Shown here: positions 56,320-56,370 of the stretch, piece after piece
How positions within the stretch are numbered: the stretch's first letter is position 1
Layout of the letters: each line of letters opens with the position of its first letter
Origin: Gammaproteobacteria bacterium
Lineage (GTDB): Bacteria; Pseudomonadota; Gammaproteobacteria; JACQPQ01
Assembly (NCBI GenBank): GCA_016207405.1
Contig: JACQPQ010000034.1
Span: 1-56,370, forward strand
Length of the DNA: 56,370 bases
Reading direction: 5' to 3'
Notes under the pieces: generated by a model
The model's database searches: none
The model's input: only the letters and a program-made list of their open reading frames with translations
Told to the model about the DNA's origin: nothing
Program-made: the position numbers and the translations under genes

Positions 56320-56370
56320 ATGGATGAAAAAAGAAAATTTAACCGTTTGCATGTCAATGGTGAAGAGAGA
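56320..56370 (+). CDS. Start of a truncated ORF, possibly PilZ-domain (c-di-GMP binding)
   Basis: MDEKRKFNRLHVNGEER, with an N-terminal RxxxR motif; GAGG lies upstream. Only 17 codons are visible. Confidence 0.45.
   Translation, partial: MDEKRKFNRLHVNGEER

Noticed and set aside
47804-56370. Integrase-driven genomic island at tRNA-Ser
   Set aside because: No integrase and no duplicated tRNA 3' end are visible in the window, so island status is unproven.

Overview
Bacterial chromosomal window, most likely an uncultured Gammaproteobacterium (inferred from the epmA/efp/epmB, fis, kdsDC-lptCAB and aroQ-accBC gene sets). Positions ~1-47.7 kb are mostly housekeeping genes: fadL, copA, aroQ-accBC, sdhB-sucAB-lpdA-sucC, serB/serA, miaB, guaB, argS, serS, ipdC, ispH, lspA, lptBAC, kdsCD, trxB, ald, ftsK, fis, lolA and epmB-efp-epmA. 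Several operons are broken up, and toxin-antitoxin modules are inserted (Fic, AbiE, BrnTA, DUF4160/DUF2442). The intergenic DNA holds several families of palindromic repeats and heptamer tandem repeats. There are two tRNA genes, Gly-CCC and Ser-TGA. The best candidate for an undescribed system lies downstream of tRNA-Ser: an MtrA/MtrB-type decaheme cytochrome-porin conduit with no MtrC/MtoD/CymA in view. It is followed on the same strand by a second porin, a small periplasmic binding protein, a Cache/HAMP chemoreceptor, CheC, CheW and the start of a possible PilZ protein, which suggests extracellular electron transfer coupled to chemosensing. Other notable features are a poly-C tract inside a sigma70 promoter spacer (candidate phase variation), a MITE-like palindrome that supplies the only in-frame start codons of miaB, and a subtilase missed by the ORF track whose Shine-Dalgarno lies in a CsrA-type hairpin. 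All calls come from motif recognition by eye; no database searches were run.
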